DNA of 63,666 bases, filler included, from Octopus bimaculoides (taxonomy: Eukaryota): the NCBI RefSeq assembly GCF_001194135.2. It is 10 parts of 9 records of this genome, joined end to end, with 100 filler letters (N's around TTAATTAATTAA, not from the genome) between each part and the next. Parts side by side here need not be neighbours in the genome. Positions count along the whole stretch, not along the records: positions 6,072 to 21,279 come from NC_068998.1; positions 21,380 to 42,279 come from NC_068983.1; 8 more parts are not named here. One strand, 5' to 3'. The position numbers and the translations under genes are program-made. This document shows positions 12,822 through 24,545 of the stretch, piece after piece. The notes under the pieces were generated by a model. It searched no databases. It saw nothing but the letters and a program-made list of their open reading frames with translations, and was not told the DNA's origin. Each line of letters opens with the position of its first letter. The stretch's first letter is position 1.

Positions 12822-13030
12822 GTTAGCACGACGGGCGAAATGCTTCGCTGAATTTCGTCTGCCGCTACGTTCTAAGTTCAAACTCCGCCGAGGTCGACTT
12901 TGCCTTTCATCCTTTCGGGGTCGATAAATTAAGTATCAGTTACGCACTGGGGTCGATGTTATCGACTTAATCCCTTTGTCTGTCCTCGTTTGTCCCCTCT
13001 ATGTATAGCCCCTTGTGGGCAATAACATAA
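12822..13030 (+). mobile_element. tRNA-headed SINE family A, well-preserved copy followed by (TTA)n; about 20 further full or partial copies in the window (e.g. 8972-9120, 10520-10730, 15080-15220, 16540-16765, 24980-25190, 31030-31190, 32990-33160, 36410-36845, 41620-42065, 52480-52710)
   Basis: Shared consensus gttagcacgccgggcgaaatgcttagcggtatttcgtc...gttcaaattccgccgaggtcgactttgcctttcatcctttcggggtcgataaattaagtaccag; B-box-like GTTCAAATTCC. Confidence 0.85.
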
Positions 13031-13034
13031 ATAA

Positions 13035-13072
<38 letters not shown>

Positions 13073-13086
13073 CATTATTATTATTA

Positions 13087-13125
<39 letters not shown>

Positions 13126-13383
13126 GTGTCATCATCATCATCATTGTTATCATCAGAATGTCTACATCTACATCATCAAAACTATCTTCATCTTAGTATT
13201 GTTTTCAACTCCATCCATTATCAGCGTCGATAACATTACCCTCACTCTACCTCCACCTCCTCCCCCCTCCTGCTCATCATCATCATCATCATCATATCCA
13301 TTAACTTCAACAAGACTAAGTTCTCAATAATAACACTACCAACAACAAAAATAACTACAACAACAATACCAAACACTACCACC

Positions 13384-13414
<31 letters not shown>

Positions 13415-13884
13415 CTATCATCGCCATGGTCATTTGTTTAATGTCTGCATTGTCCAGAGGTAGAGAAGAGGTCAGACAGGGTCATCACTCAGTTAACATT
13501 ATATGGTACAGCAGATTACGGGGGCGGGGTTGGAGTGTGAAGGGGTGGGGGTCGGAGTTGACCAATGATGGACAGATGCAGCCTCGTTACTGCTGCAGGC
13601 AACAGTATGTGGAGTAGTGGGGAGAGGAGGAGTNNNNNNNNNNNNNNNNNNNNNNNNNNNNNNNNNNNNNNNNNNNNNNNNNNNNNNNNNNNNNNNNNNN
13701 NNNNNNNNNNNNNNNNNNNNNNNNNNNNNNNNNNNNNNNNNNNNNNNNNNNNNNNNNNNNNNNNNNNNNNNNNNNNNNNNNNNNNNNNNNNNNNNNNNNN
13801 NNNNNNNNNNNNNNNNNNNNNNNNNNNNNNNNNNNNNNNNNNNNNNNNNNNNNNNNNNNNNNNNNNNNNNNNNNNNNNNATAGT

Positions 13885-14365
13885 AAATCCCAAAAAGAAC
13901 AAACACAAAAAAACAACATGAGGACGTGGTGTAACGTATTAGCTGACCCTCAAGGAAGGAAAGAAAGATGATGGTTGTAAAACAAATGACGAAAGGAGAA
14001 ATCGAGGGCAGGATGGAAGGATTGAACAAAAGAGAGGAAAGATTCTAGTTGCTCACAGGAGAGTGAGGTCGCACTGATACAGTCATCAATATAATGATCG
14101 TATAGTTTGGGAGTGGGACCAGTGAATCTTGAGAATATTTGAGCCCCAACATAGCCAACGAACAGGTTCGCATAGTTGGAGCCCATAGTTGTTCCCATGG
14201 GCACTCCCAAGTAATGTTGGTAAAAATCCCCAATGAACGAGAAGTTGAGGGAGAGAACAAGTTTAACCAGACTAAGAAGTGTGGAAGTGTCAGGTTGAGG
14301 GTCAGGTCGAGGGTCAAGAAAGTGTTTGAGCACAAAGAGCCCTTCGTTGTATGGGATTAACATAT
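13885..14365 (-). mobile_element. Penelope-like element (PLE) reverse transcriptase fragment, degenerate
   Basis: LKHFLDPRPDPQPDTSTLLSLVKLVLSLN-FSF...YLGVPMGTTMGSNYANLFVGY...PKLYDHYIDDCI...FLSFVQSFHPALDFS contains the PLE RT motifs GxxMGxxMGxxYANLF, YIDD and FHPxLxF. A possible GIY-YIG remnant lies at 13480-13633 across the gap. Confidence 0.85.
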
Positions 14366-14716
14366 ATAAATACTACATATATATATATACATATTTCATT
14401 TCAATTTCATTTCATTTCAAAGTTTCAGCTCAGAGCTGCGGCCATGCTGATGCACCATATATATATATACATATTTCATTTCAATTTCATTTCANNNNNN
14501 NNNNNNNNNNNNNNNNNNNNNNNNNNNNNNNNNNNNNNNNNNNNNNNNNNNNNNNNNNNNNNNNNNNNNNNNNNNNNNNNNNNNNNNNNNNNNNNNNNNN
14601 NNNNNNNNNNNNNNNNNNNNNNNNNNNNNNNNNNNNNNNNNNNNNNNNNNNNNNNNNNNNNNNNNNNNNNNNNNNNNNNNNNNNNNNNNNNNNNNNNNNN
14701 NNNNNNNNNNNNNNAC

Positions 14717-15066
14717 TCTTGTTGTTTACAACTTCTTCCCAACGTTCAACAATATTTTCAATACCTCGTTGGTAGAAATCACCCGATTTTGACTCGAAAA
14801 ATTGATCCAACCAAGCTCTCAATTCTGCATCAGTATTGAACGAAACTCTGCTCATAGCATTTGAAAGAGATCGAAAGAGGTGGAAATCCATTGGTGCCAA
14901 ACCAGGAGAGTACGGCAGGTGTGGCAGCACTTCCCAGCCATGCGTTTCAATGGCTTCCTTGGTCATATTGGCGATATGAGGGCGGGCGTTGTCGTGCAGC
15001 AGAAGAACTCCATGCTGCCAGTTAGGTCTTTTCTCTTGAATAGCCGTGTTGAGTCGTTCCATCTGT
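14717..15066 (-). mobile_element. Mariner (DD34D) transposase C-terminal fragment
   Basis: LLLHDNARPH...GWEVLPHLPYSPGLAPMDFHLFRSL...FYQRGIENIVERWEEVVNNK; the 5' end is overwritten by a SINE A copy. Confidence 0.92.
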
Positions 15067-15968
15067 TGAACATTATTGACTGGTACTTAATTTATTGACC
15101 CCGAAAGGATGAAAGTAAAGTTGACCTCGGCAGAATTTGAACTCAGAACGTAAAGACAGACGAAATACCGCTAAGTATTTCGCCCGGCGTGCTAACGATT
15201 CTGCCAGCTCGCCGCCTTAATAACTTCGTAAATATTAAATGGTAATTGACTGTAATTAGGGTGTGACTGTTATGTCATCAATTCTCACTTACCCGACTGG
15301 TGCTTAATGTCACAAGACAAGTATTATGACTAACAGAAATTGGTCCCTGTTTGATGAAGTGATGAATGCAAATTGTATTAAACGAGTCTGTTGTTTAGTG
15401 TCAACTTCTAGAAAACCTTTTCAGTGCACCATTTCAAATGTGAATGTGGCAGAGGAGAATGAAGGGCAAGTTTAGGGTGGTGTCAAGAGGATTATGAGGG
15501 CCCTGTGGTCATATGACCTGTCACATGATTTTACTCTTTGGTTCTTTTACTCGTTTCAGTCATTAGGGCACAACCCCTGAAGAATTTTAGTTGAATGAAT
15601 CGACCGCAGTACTTATTCTATGTCTCTTTTATTGAACTGCTGAGCTACGGGGACATAAACACACCAGTACCGGTTGTTAAGCAGTGCTGAAAGACAAACA
15701 CAGATACACACACACATATATATACGAGGGCTTCTTTCAGTTTCCATCAACCAAATCCACTCACAAGGCTTTGTTTAGTGGAAGACACTTTCCCAAGGTG
15801 CCATGCAGTGGGACTGAACCCGGAACCATGTGATTGAGAAGCAAACTTCTTACTACACAGCCACATCAGCACCTGTATGATTTGGTGCAAACCATTGAAA
15901 CTTCTGTAAGAAAACAAATTCACTTAGAGAAACGTATTGACTTGGCAAGGGCAGCAAACTCAAGATTT

Positions 15969-15982
15969 GCGCCAGGTGGCAC
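15969..15982 (+). promoter_or_regulatory. Weaker CTCF-like motif
   Basis: GCGCCAGGTGGCAC versus consensus CCRSYAGRKGGCRS (first base mismatched). Confidence 0.25.
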
Positions 15983-16770
15983 ACCCACCCATTATGACCC
16001 TGGCTCAATGTACAGCCAACAGAAAGATTTGACTGCTATTTCTAGCAGGCTGTACAACCATCTAAAGCTTCCATCCTAGCTCCGTGCACTTTCTCCTCCC
16101 TTCCAACAACATCACCATCACCACCACCACCACCACCAAAACCATTGCTGCCGCCGCCGCCGCCACCTTACACTCCATATTATCAAATAATATTCTCATC
16201 TTGATGAAAGTTTTGGAAAGTACAAGATTTATCGTCTCTGATACCATTTAGGAAAATGGATATCCTCGACTTGGAATTTTCAGCAGTTTTGCGACGGAAT
16301 GAATAATATATGTTGAATTTCTAATTTGAAATCGTTCCAACTTATCAGATGGATTATTAGATAAGCAAGGGTGGATTTTGTTTACGTTTAAAGTTACTTT
16401 GGGTTACATTTATTTATTTGCTTAGAATAAAGCTGTTACTAAACCTATACAAACAGACTCACATTGATTAAACTAACAAGACTATATCTTATAAGTCTTT
16501 GGAAAATCCTAATAAATTCTCTTCAATGTTTTATCATTTGGCAGAATCGTTAGGACGTTGGACAAAACGCTTAGCGGTATTTCTTCCGATTCTTAAAAGC
16601 TTAGCGGTATTTCTTCTGGCTCTGAGTTCAAATTCCGTTGGGGTTGGCTTTGCGTTTCATCCTTCCCAAGTCGATAAGATAAAGTACCAGTTGAGCACTC
16701 GGGTCGATGTAATCGAGAGGCCCTTTGCCCTCCAAAGATTTCAGGCCTTGTGCCGGGAGTAGAAAGAATT

Positions 16771-16870
16771 GGCGGGGGTAACGAACACCACGCGTTTTCG
16801 GCGTAACAAAAATCCTAACCCGAACCACCGGGTGTGTGTATTCTTTACTTTCGCCGAAAGAATTATTCGG
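16771..16870 (-). repeat. Copy of a fold-back repeat carrying a telomere-like GGGTTAGG motif
   Basis: The reverse complement gtaaagaatacacacccggtggttcgggttaggatttttgttacgccgaaaacgcgtggtgttcgt aligns with 19005-19075. Confidence 0.6.
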
Positions 16871-18672
16871 TTCTTTACTTTCTGAGATCAAATTCCGCCG
16901 AGGTTGACTTTGCCGTTCATCTTTTCTGCGTTGATAGAATAAAGTACCGGTCAAATACTGAGGTTGGGGTATACGACTTCCCCTCGACATTGCTGGCCTT
17001 GTGACAAAATGAGAATTTATTTTTCTTATGAAGGAAAACAAAAACGGTGAGCTGGCAGAATTGTTGGCACACCAGACAAAATGCTTAGCGGCATTTCGTC
17101 TGTCCTTACATCCTGAGGCCGACTGGTACTATTTAAATACAGAGGTCCCTTAACGGTACTAATTAATGCAGACCCAAAATTCGCAAATAGGACAACCGGG
17201 TGGGGATTTTCTTTTTTTTCGACTTATTTTGGAAAAATAGTGCTGTGTCAAATACAGTATATAGAAAAACAAAAAAAAATTTTAAGTCCCAACGCGACCA
17301 GCCGACCTACTAAAAATAGCAGCCAAANNNNNNNNNNNNNNNNNNNNNNNNNNNNNNNNNNNNNNNNNNNNNNNNNNNNNNNNNNNNNNNNNNNNNNNNN
17401 NNNNNNNNNNNNNNNNNNNNNNNNNNNNNNNNNNNNNNNNNNNNNNNNNNNNNNNNNNNNNNNNNNNNNNNNNNNNNNNNNNNNNNNNNNNNNNNNNNNN
17501 NNNNNNNNNNNNNNNNNNNNNNNNNNNNNNNNNNNNNNNNNNNNNNNNNNNNNNNNNNNNNNNNNNNNNNNNNNNNNNNNNNNNNNNNNNNNNNNNNNNN
17601 NNNNNNNNNNNNNNNNNNNNNNNNNNNNNNNNNNNNNNNNNNNNNNNNNNNNNNNNNNNNNNNNNNNNNNNNNNNNNNNNNNNNNNNNNNNNNNNNNNNN
17701 NNNNNNNNNNNNNNNNNNNNNNNNNNNNNNNNNNNNNNNNNNNNNNNNNNNNNNNNNNNNNNNNNNNNNNNNNNNNNNNNNNNNNNNNNNNNNNNNNNNN
17801 NNNNNNNNNNNNNNNNNNNNNNNNNNNNNNNNNNNNNNNNNNNNNNNNNNNNNNNNNNNNNNNNNNNNNNNNNNNNNNNNNNNNNNNNNNNNNNNNNNNN
17901 NNNNNNNNNNNNNNNNNNNNNNNNNNNNNNNNNNNNNNNNNNNNNNNNNNNNNNNNNNNNNNTTTTTTTTTTTTTTTTTTTTAGCATATTCGTAATGTCT
18001 ATTGTTGAAAGTAGAATCCTAAGAAAATGTTTGGATGGATATTTTTTCTGGACATTGTCGAATAGTATCAATGTTTGAATTTTCACTTTGTGATCCTAAA
18101 CTGAAAGAACGCTTATCTGCGTTTTCGGTAATTCAGGAGGTTTCTTGTTTCGGAAGAAGAGATTGGGGCGGTGTTTCTCTTCCAGTAAATAATAAACGCA
18201 ACACTTGATCTAATTAGTGTTGGTAAGGAGGGACAAATAACGATATTTCTCCTCTTTAAATGTCGTTTGGCTAACATGTAATATGTTTATAACCATAATT
18301 ACAATAACAACAATAACGATTTCTTATTTTCTTATTAGCCACAAGGGCCCAAAGACACGGAGGAAAATATCAAAGGACGAGTTACGACACAAATGCAAAA
18401 AAAAAAAAAAAATGGGGGTGTTTATACCGATCATAGGGAGTCACTAGCGCATTAAAAGATATAACAAAGGACATATAATAGAAATTAGAGAATTAATTAA
18501 TTAATTAATAATTAGAATCTCCAATAGCAAATCAGTCTACTTTGGGTAATTCGTGGTAAACCTTACACAAAAATCCCTGATTACTCTGCTATAACTAAGA
18601 CATAGGAAAGTGCCCTCTTCCAGTTGTGTTGTAATTATCTCCTCCTTTTTCGCTACCTGTTACCAACATTGA

Positions 18673-18685
18673 CCACTAGATGGCG
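18673..18685 (+). promoter_or_regulatory. CTCF-like motif (forward)
   Basis: CCACTAGATGGCG, a full match to the CCASYAGRKGGCR core, in non-repeat sequence. Confidence 0.45.
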
Positions 18686-18998
18686 TTTTAAATAATAATT
18701 TATTCTTATTTCTTAATTAATGGTTTTCATTTGCGAATGTCTTCCGTTGATTGTGTCGCCACAAACCACTTTCTCTCTAAGAGTTGCTGGTCAACACTCA
18801 AAGCTCATACATTTGGAAAAGACAGTGGCAATCGATTTAATGGACATCGACGCTTCTTCTTTGGTAAGTTATTTCATAAACGCATCGCACTTACCCTCGA
18901 AAGGACTAAAAACGTAGTCGATTCCAACAAAATATTTTGGTCTCAACTCTTGGAGACACAATTAAATAGCTGCAAGATACCGAATTAATTTACAGTTT

Positions 18999-19127
18999 GG
19001 CGGAGGTAAAGAATACGTAACCCGATGTTTAGGGTTAGGGTTTTTGATACGCCGAAAACGAATGGTGTACGTATTCTTTACCACCGCTATGTACACCACC
19101 CGTTTTCGATGTAACAAAAACCCGAAA
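18999..19127 (+). repeat. Nested inverted-repeat (fold-back) element with TTAGGGTTAGGG, running into a gap
   Basis: gcggaggtaaagaatacgt...acgtattctttaccaccgc inverted pair, plus gggtttttgatacgccgaaaacgaatggtgtac / gtacaccacccgttttcgatgtaacaaaaaccc inverted pair. Confidence 0.6.
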
Positions 19128-19911
19128 NNNNNNNNNNNNNNNNNNNNNNNNNNNNNNNNNNNNNNNNNNNNNNNNNNNNNNNNNNNNNNNNNNNNNNNNN
19201 NNNNNNNNNNNNNNNNNNNNNNNNNNNNNNNNNNNNNNNNNNNNNNNNNNNNNNNNNNNNNNNNNNNNNNNNNNNNNNNNNNNNNNNNNNNNNNNNNNNN
19301 NNNNNNNNNNNNNNNNNNNNNNNNNNNNNNNNNNNNNNNNNNNNNNNNNNNNNNNNNNNNNNNNNNNNNNNNNNNNNNNNNNNNNNNNNNNNNNNNNNNN
19401 NNNNNNNNNNNNNNNNNNNNNNNNNNNNNNNNNNNNNNNNNNNNNNNNNNNNNNNNNNNNNNNNNNNNNNNNNNNNNNNNNNNNNNNNNNNNNNNNNNNN
19501 NNNNNNNNNNNNNNNNNNNNNNNNNNNNNNNNNNNNNNNNNNNNNNNNNNNNNNNNNNNNNNNNNNNNNNNNNNNNNNNNNNNNNNNNNNNNNNNNNNNN
19601 NNNNNNNNNNNNNNNNNNNNNNNNNNNNNNNNNNNNNNNNNNNNNNNNNNNNNNNNNNNNNNNNNNNNNNNNNNNNNNNNNNNNNNNNNNNNNNNNNNNN
19701 NNNNNNNNNNNNNNNNNNNNNNNNNNNNNNNNNNNNNNNNNNNNNNNNNNNNNNNNNNNNNNNNNNNNNNNNNNNNNNNNNNNNNNNNNNNNNNNNNNNN
19801 NNNNNNNNNNNNNNNNNNNNNNNNNNNNNNNNNNNNNNNNNNNNNNNNNNNNNNNNNNNNNNNNNNNNNNNNNNNNNNNNNNNNNNNNNNNNNNNNNNNN
19901 NNNNNNNNNNN

Positions 19912-19942
<31 letters not shown>

Positions 19943-21004
19943 TTTTGATTTCATTATAAATTTTTCTATAGATTTCATGTCAGGCCGAAAACTGGCCGAA
20001 TCAATAGATTTGCTTGAGCAAAGAATGAAAGAATTACCAATAACACCGCAAATAATAATAATAATGTTTTTATAAATGTAAAAAAAGAAAAAAAAAATGA
20101 CGGAGATGATGGCAATAATTTAACAGCTATGTCTATTAATAGATAAAATATCGTCTGCTTTTTATTTATTATTCCTTTTCATTATTCGTTTTACTTTATT
20201 TGAATTATGCCGTCCACCCACTGAGAGATAGACCAACATTTTCCCCAAAGGTCTGCTCAAAGATGGTCTTGGAATACAGGCTTCGCTTATTAACACACCC
20301 ACATACATATATAAGCGCATGATTGGCAATGTAATAAGTTTGCGTCGTCACCACATGGTTCTGGGTTCGGTCCCACTGTGTGACTCCTTGAGCAAGTGTC
20401 TTCCACTATAGATTCGGGCCGACCAAAGCCTTGTGAAGGGAGTTGGTAGACGGAAACTGAAAGAATCCCGTTGGGTGTGTGTGGTCTTTGTCTGTTACAT
20501 ATCACCACTGCTTGACAATCGGTTTTGGTATGTAACTTAGCTCTTCGGTATGTAACTTAGCTCTTCCTCTTTTTGAGGGGAGGGGGACGATTCATTCGAC
20601 TAAAACACCCAGCATAGCCGCAATCTAATGGCTGAAACGAGTGTATGACTGATTGGGTAAGAAGTTCACTTCGTAATCACAAGGTCTTGGGTTCGATCTC
20701 ATTGCAGATATCATTTACTATAGCTTCGAATTGATCCGTGCCTTGTGAGTGAAAATTGGGAGGAGGGGAAATCTGTATAGTAAGCCCCCACGGGGCGATT
20801 TCTACCCGTGATTCAAGAGGTACTGTCTTGTCACAAGCATAGTCCAGTTATCTGGACAACTGAATTCTCTTGTTAAACGGCGGAGATCCTCTTCGAAACG
20901 CCAATGTTAAAACGGGTAGCTAATGAAGGAAAATGTTCTCTATGTGGCTTGTGTGTTTTCTGTACTCTGGTTATTATTTTTTTCTTGCCTACGTTTTGTT
21001 TGCA

Positions 21005-21100
21005 ATGTCCTGTACCTAGATATGCACCTGTATATACAGGTAGACGTATGTATGCACATACCTGTACGTATATATGCATATACTCATTTATTATTTGTTT
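21005..21100 (+). repeat. Dispersed ~96-bp repeat; second copy inverted at 62879-62974
   Basis: atgtcctgtacctagatatgcacctgtatatacaggtagacgtatgtatgcacatacctgtacgtatatatgcatatactcatttattatttgttt versus the reverse complement of 62879-62974; the spurious ORFs at 20923 and 62616 share near-identical peptide text. Confidence 0.75.
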
Positions 21101-21539
21101 TACATGATCGAACGCCTGCATCATCTCTGTTGTAAGTAGTTTTTCAACTTTATATTTTCTGACGCGACTCTATCTCTTTCTCTATCACTTTTCCTCCTTT
21201 CGTTCTTCCCCTATTACTACTACGTATCTCTCTTTACCCCTCTCGTTCTTCCTTCTGTTACTACTATATCTCTCTCTTTNNNNNNNNNNNNNNNNNNNNN
21301 NNNNNNNNNNNNNNNNNNNNNNNTTAATTAATTAANNNNNNNNNNNNNNNNNNNNNNNNNNNNNNNNNNNNNNNNNNNNCACACACACACACACCGTCTT
21401 TCATTTCTTTATTTTCTTTTTCTTTCTCTCTTCCTCTCAGGTCTATATTTAGGTTGTTTCTATTTTTAGCTTTCAGCGTATTCCTCGGGATATCACTTCG
21501 ACTCCCTTTCTTCGTGTTTTGATAAGGACCCCAGACCAG

Positions 21540-22050
21540 CTCTCTCTCCCTCTCTCTCTCTCTCTCTTTATCTCTCTCCCTCACTCTCCCTCTTTTTCCT
21601 TCTGTCTGTATCTCTCTCTTTCACTCTCTCTCTCTTTCACTCTCTCTCTTTCTCCCTCTCTCCCTCAACCTTTTTCTCCTTCTGTCTGTCTGTCTCTGTC
21701 TCTCTCTCTTCACTTTCCCCCTCCCTCTTTCTCCCTCTGCCTCTCTCTCTCTCTTTCACTCTCTCACTCTCTCTCCCTCAACCTCTCCCTCTCCTTCTGT
21801 CTGTCTGTGTCTCTTTCTCTTTCACTCTGCCTCTTTCTCCCTCTGTCTCTCTCTATTTCACTCTGTCTCACTTTCCGTCCTCCTCTTTCTCCTTCTGTCT
21901 CTCTCCCTCTTTCACTCTCTCTCACTCCCCGTCTTTCTCCTTCTGCCTCTCTCTTTCACTCTCCCTCCTTCTCCCTCTGTCTGCCACTCTCTTTCACTCT
22001 CCCTCTTTCTCCCTCTGTCTCCCTCTCTCTTTCACTCTCTTTCTCTCACT
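21540..22050. repeat. Long compound (CT)n-rich pyrimidine tract with recurring ctctctttcact subunits
   Basis: Direct inspection. Confidence 0.9.
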
Positions 22051-22558
22051 TGTGTTTTTTTTTTCTTTTAAGAACAGCTTATTGTCAATTTTCGCACCGA
22101 TCGCAACCATATTTCTGTTGCTGCCGCTGCAGCTGCTACTGCTACAACAACAACAACAACAACAACTACTACTACTACTACTACTAACCTTTGTTTCTTG
22201 TTTCAGTCATTGGACAGCGACCATGCTGGAGCACCGCCTTGAAGGGTTTTAGCCGGCCAAATCGAAACCCCGTCCTTGTTTTTGTAAGCGTTGGTACTTA
22301 TCCTATTGGACTCCTTTGCCGAACCACTAAGCTGTCAAACGGTGGTTATTTCTTGCGAGTAAAATATGCAAACGGTGGTGGCCACCGAACACAAAAACGC
22401 GCCCTCACACTCACTCACCTACACACACACACACACACACGTATATATACATATATACGGCAGTCTTCTTTCAGCTTCCAGCTACCAAATCCACTCACAA
22501 GATTTTGGTAAGACTGGGGTTATAGTAGAAAGCACTTGCCCAAGGTACTGAACCCGGA

Positions 22559-22637
<79 letters not shown>

Positions 22638-22962
22638 TGCGTGCGCGTGGGTGTGTATGCAAATGATAAGAAGAAAAAGAAAATTCTTTCACATCATTTT
22701 TAATCACTCGTTACAGTTGTTTCTGTACCAACTCTATTTTCAACACCAGTTTCCGCAAAAATTCGAAACTGGTCGACTCGAGGCTATAGTAGAAGACACT
22801 TGCCCAAGGTGTGACGCAGTGGGACTGAACCCTGAACCATGTGGTTCGTAAGCAAGCTACTTACCACACAGCCAATGCATATAGTTACATACATTCATAT
22901 ATTCATTCATATTTCCCCTAAACGCACATACGTATATGTCTATATTCAAATTCTCGTACATA

Positions 22963-23104
22963 CGGTAGAACCTCGCAGTACGAGTAACCCATTGTACGAG
23001 CCGAGATTCATGCAAATTTTTGTCTTAAAGTACGAGCGGAAATCCGCAGTACGAACACACAAATCGTCCTCTCTTTAAGGTAATTCAGTTAATAAAACCA
23101 GTTT
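22963..23104 (+). mobile_element. Tigger/pogo-like MITE left end, truncated by gap
   Basis: TA|CGGTAGAACCTCGCAGTACGAGTAACCC... resembles the CAGTAGAACCTCG Tigger-type terminus, with internal TACGAG subrepeats. Confidence 0.55.
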
Positions 23105-24234
23105 NNNNNNNNNNNNNNNNNNNNNNNNNNNNNNNNNNNNNNNNNNNNNNNNNNNNNNNNNNNNNNNNNNNNNNNNNNNNNNNNNNNNNNNNNNNNNNNN
23201 NNNNNNNNNNNNNNNNNNNNNNNNNNNNNNNNNNNNNNNNNNNNNNNNNNNNNNNNNNNNNNNNNNNNNNNNNNNNNNNNNNNNNNNNNNNNNNNNNNNN
23301 NNNNNNNNNNNNNNNNNNNNNNNNNNNNNNNNNNNNNNNNNNNNNNNNNNNNNNNNNNNNNNNNNNNNNNNNNNNNNNNNNNNNNNNNNNNNNNNNNNNN
23401 NNNNNNNNNNNNNNNNNNNNNNNNNNNNNNNNNNNNNNNNNNNNNNNNNNNNNNNNNNNNNNNNNNNNNNNNNNNNNNNNNNNNNNNNNNNNNNNNNNNN
23501 NNNNNNNNNNNNNNNNNNNNNNNNNNNNNNNNNNNNNNNNNNNNNNNNNNNNNNNNNNNNNNNNNNNNNNNNNNNNNNNNNNNNNNNNNNNNNNNNNNNN
23601 NNNNNNNNNNNNNNNNNNNNNNNNNNNNNNNNNNNNNNNNNNNNNNNNNNNNNNNNNNNNNNNNNNNNNNNNNNNNNNNNNNNNNNNNNNNNNNNNNNNN
23701 NNNNNNNNNNNNNNNNNNNNNNNNNNNNNNNNNNNNNNNNNNNNNNNNNNNNNNNNNNNNNNNNNNNNNNNNNNNNNNNNNNNNNNNNNNNNNNNNNNNN
23801 NNNNNNNNNNNNNNNNNNNNNNNNNNNNNNNNNNNNNNNNNNNNNNNNNNNNNNNNNNNNNNNNNNNNNNNNNNNNNNNNNNNNNNNNNNNNNNNNNNNN
23901 NNNNNNNNNNNNNNNNNNNNNNNNNNNNNNNNNNNNNNNNNNNNNNNNNNNNNNNNNNNNNNNNNNNNNNNNNNNNNNNNNNNNNNNNNNNNNNNNNNNN
24001 NNNNNNNNNNNNNNNNNNNNNNNNNNNNNNNNNNNNNNNNNNNNNNNNNNNNNNNNNNNNNNNNNNNNNNNNNNNNNTTTTTTTTTTTTTTTTTTTTTTT
24101 TGTAGGTCTAAGTCATCTATCACTCAGTGTAACATCCCGACCTGGTGCTTTGAGTGGTAGCAGTAAGAAATCGCCCTGTTTAACACCAGTTCCCAATGCT
24201 TTGACTGATAGTACTAACAGAAAAATAAAATAAA

Positions 24235-24545
24235 ATAAGACACTCCGTCGGTTACGACGACGAGAGTTTCAGTTGATCCAATCAGCGGAACAACCAGTTC
24301 GTGAAATTTACGTACAAGTGGCCGAGTACTCCAGAGACACGCGTATCTCTAACGTAGTTTGCAGAGAGACTCGGCGTGACATAGAATGTGGCCCTTTGAA
24401 ATACAAGTACATTTCAATTTTGCTGAACTGGAGCAACGTGAAATAAAGTGTTTTGCTCAAGGATACAACGCACTGCTGGGAATCGAACTGACGACCTTGC
24501 AATCGTGAGCCAAATACCCTACCCACTAAGCCACGTGCCTACACA
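24235..24545 (-). mobile_element. tRNA-headed SINE family C; 3' part also at 51785-52033
   Basis: Minus-strand head aggcacgtggcttagtgggtagg...gttcgattccc (A/B box-like); body cactccgtcg.ttacgacg.cgag...gttgatccaatca.cggaa shared with 51795 onward. Confidence 0.7.

Noticed and set aside
6228-13433. Long poly-His, poly-Gln, poly-Leu, poly-Met and HT/YI/CV dipeptide ORFs (e.g. 398 aa at 11731-12927)
   Set aside because: Translations of (CAT)n, (TTG)n, (TTA)n, (CA)n and (TA)n microsatellites; no domain content or splice context.
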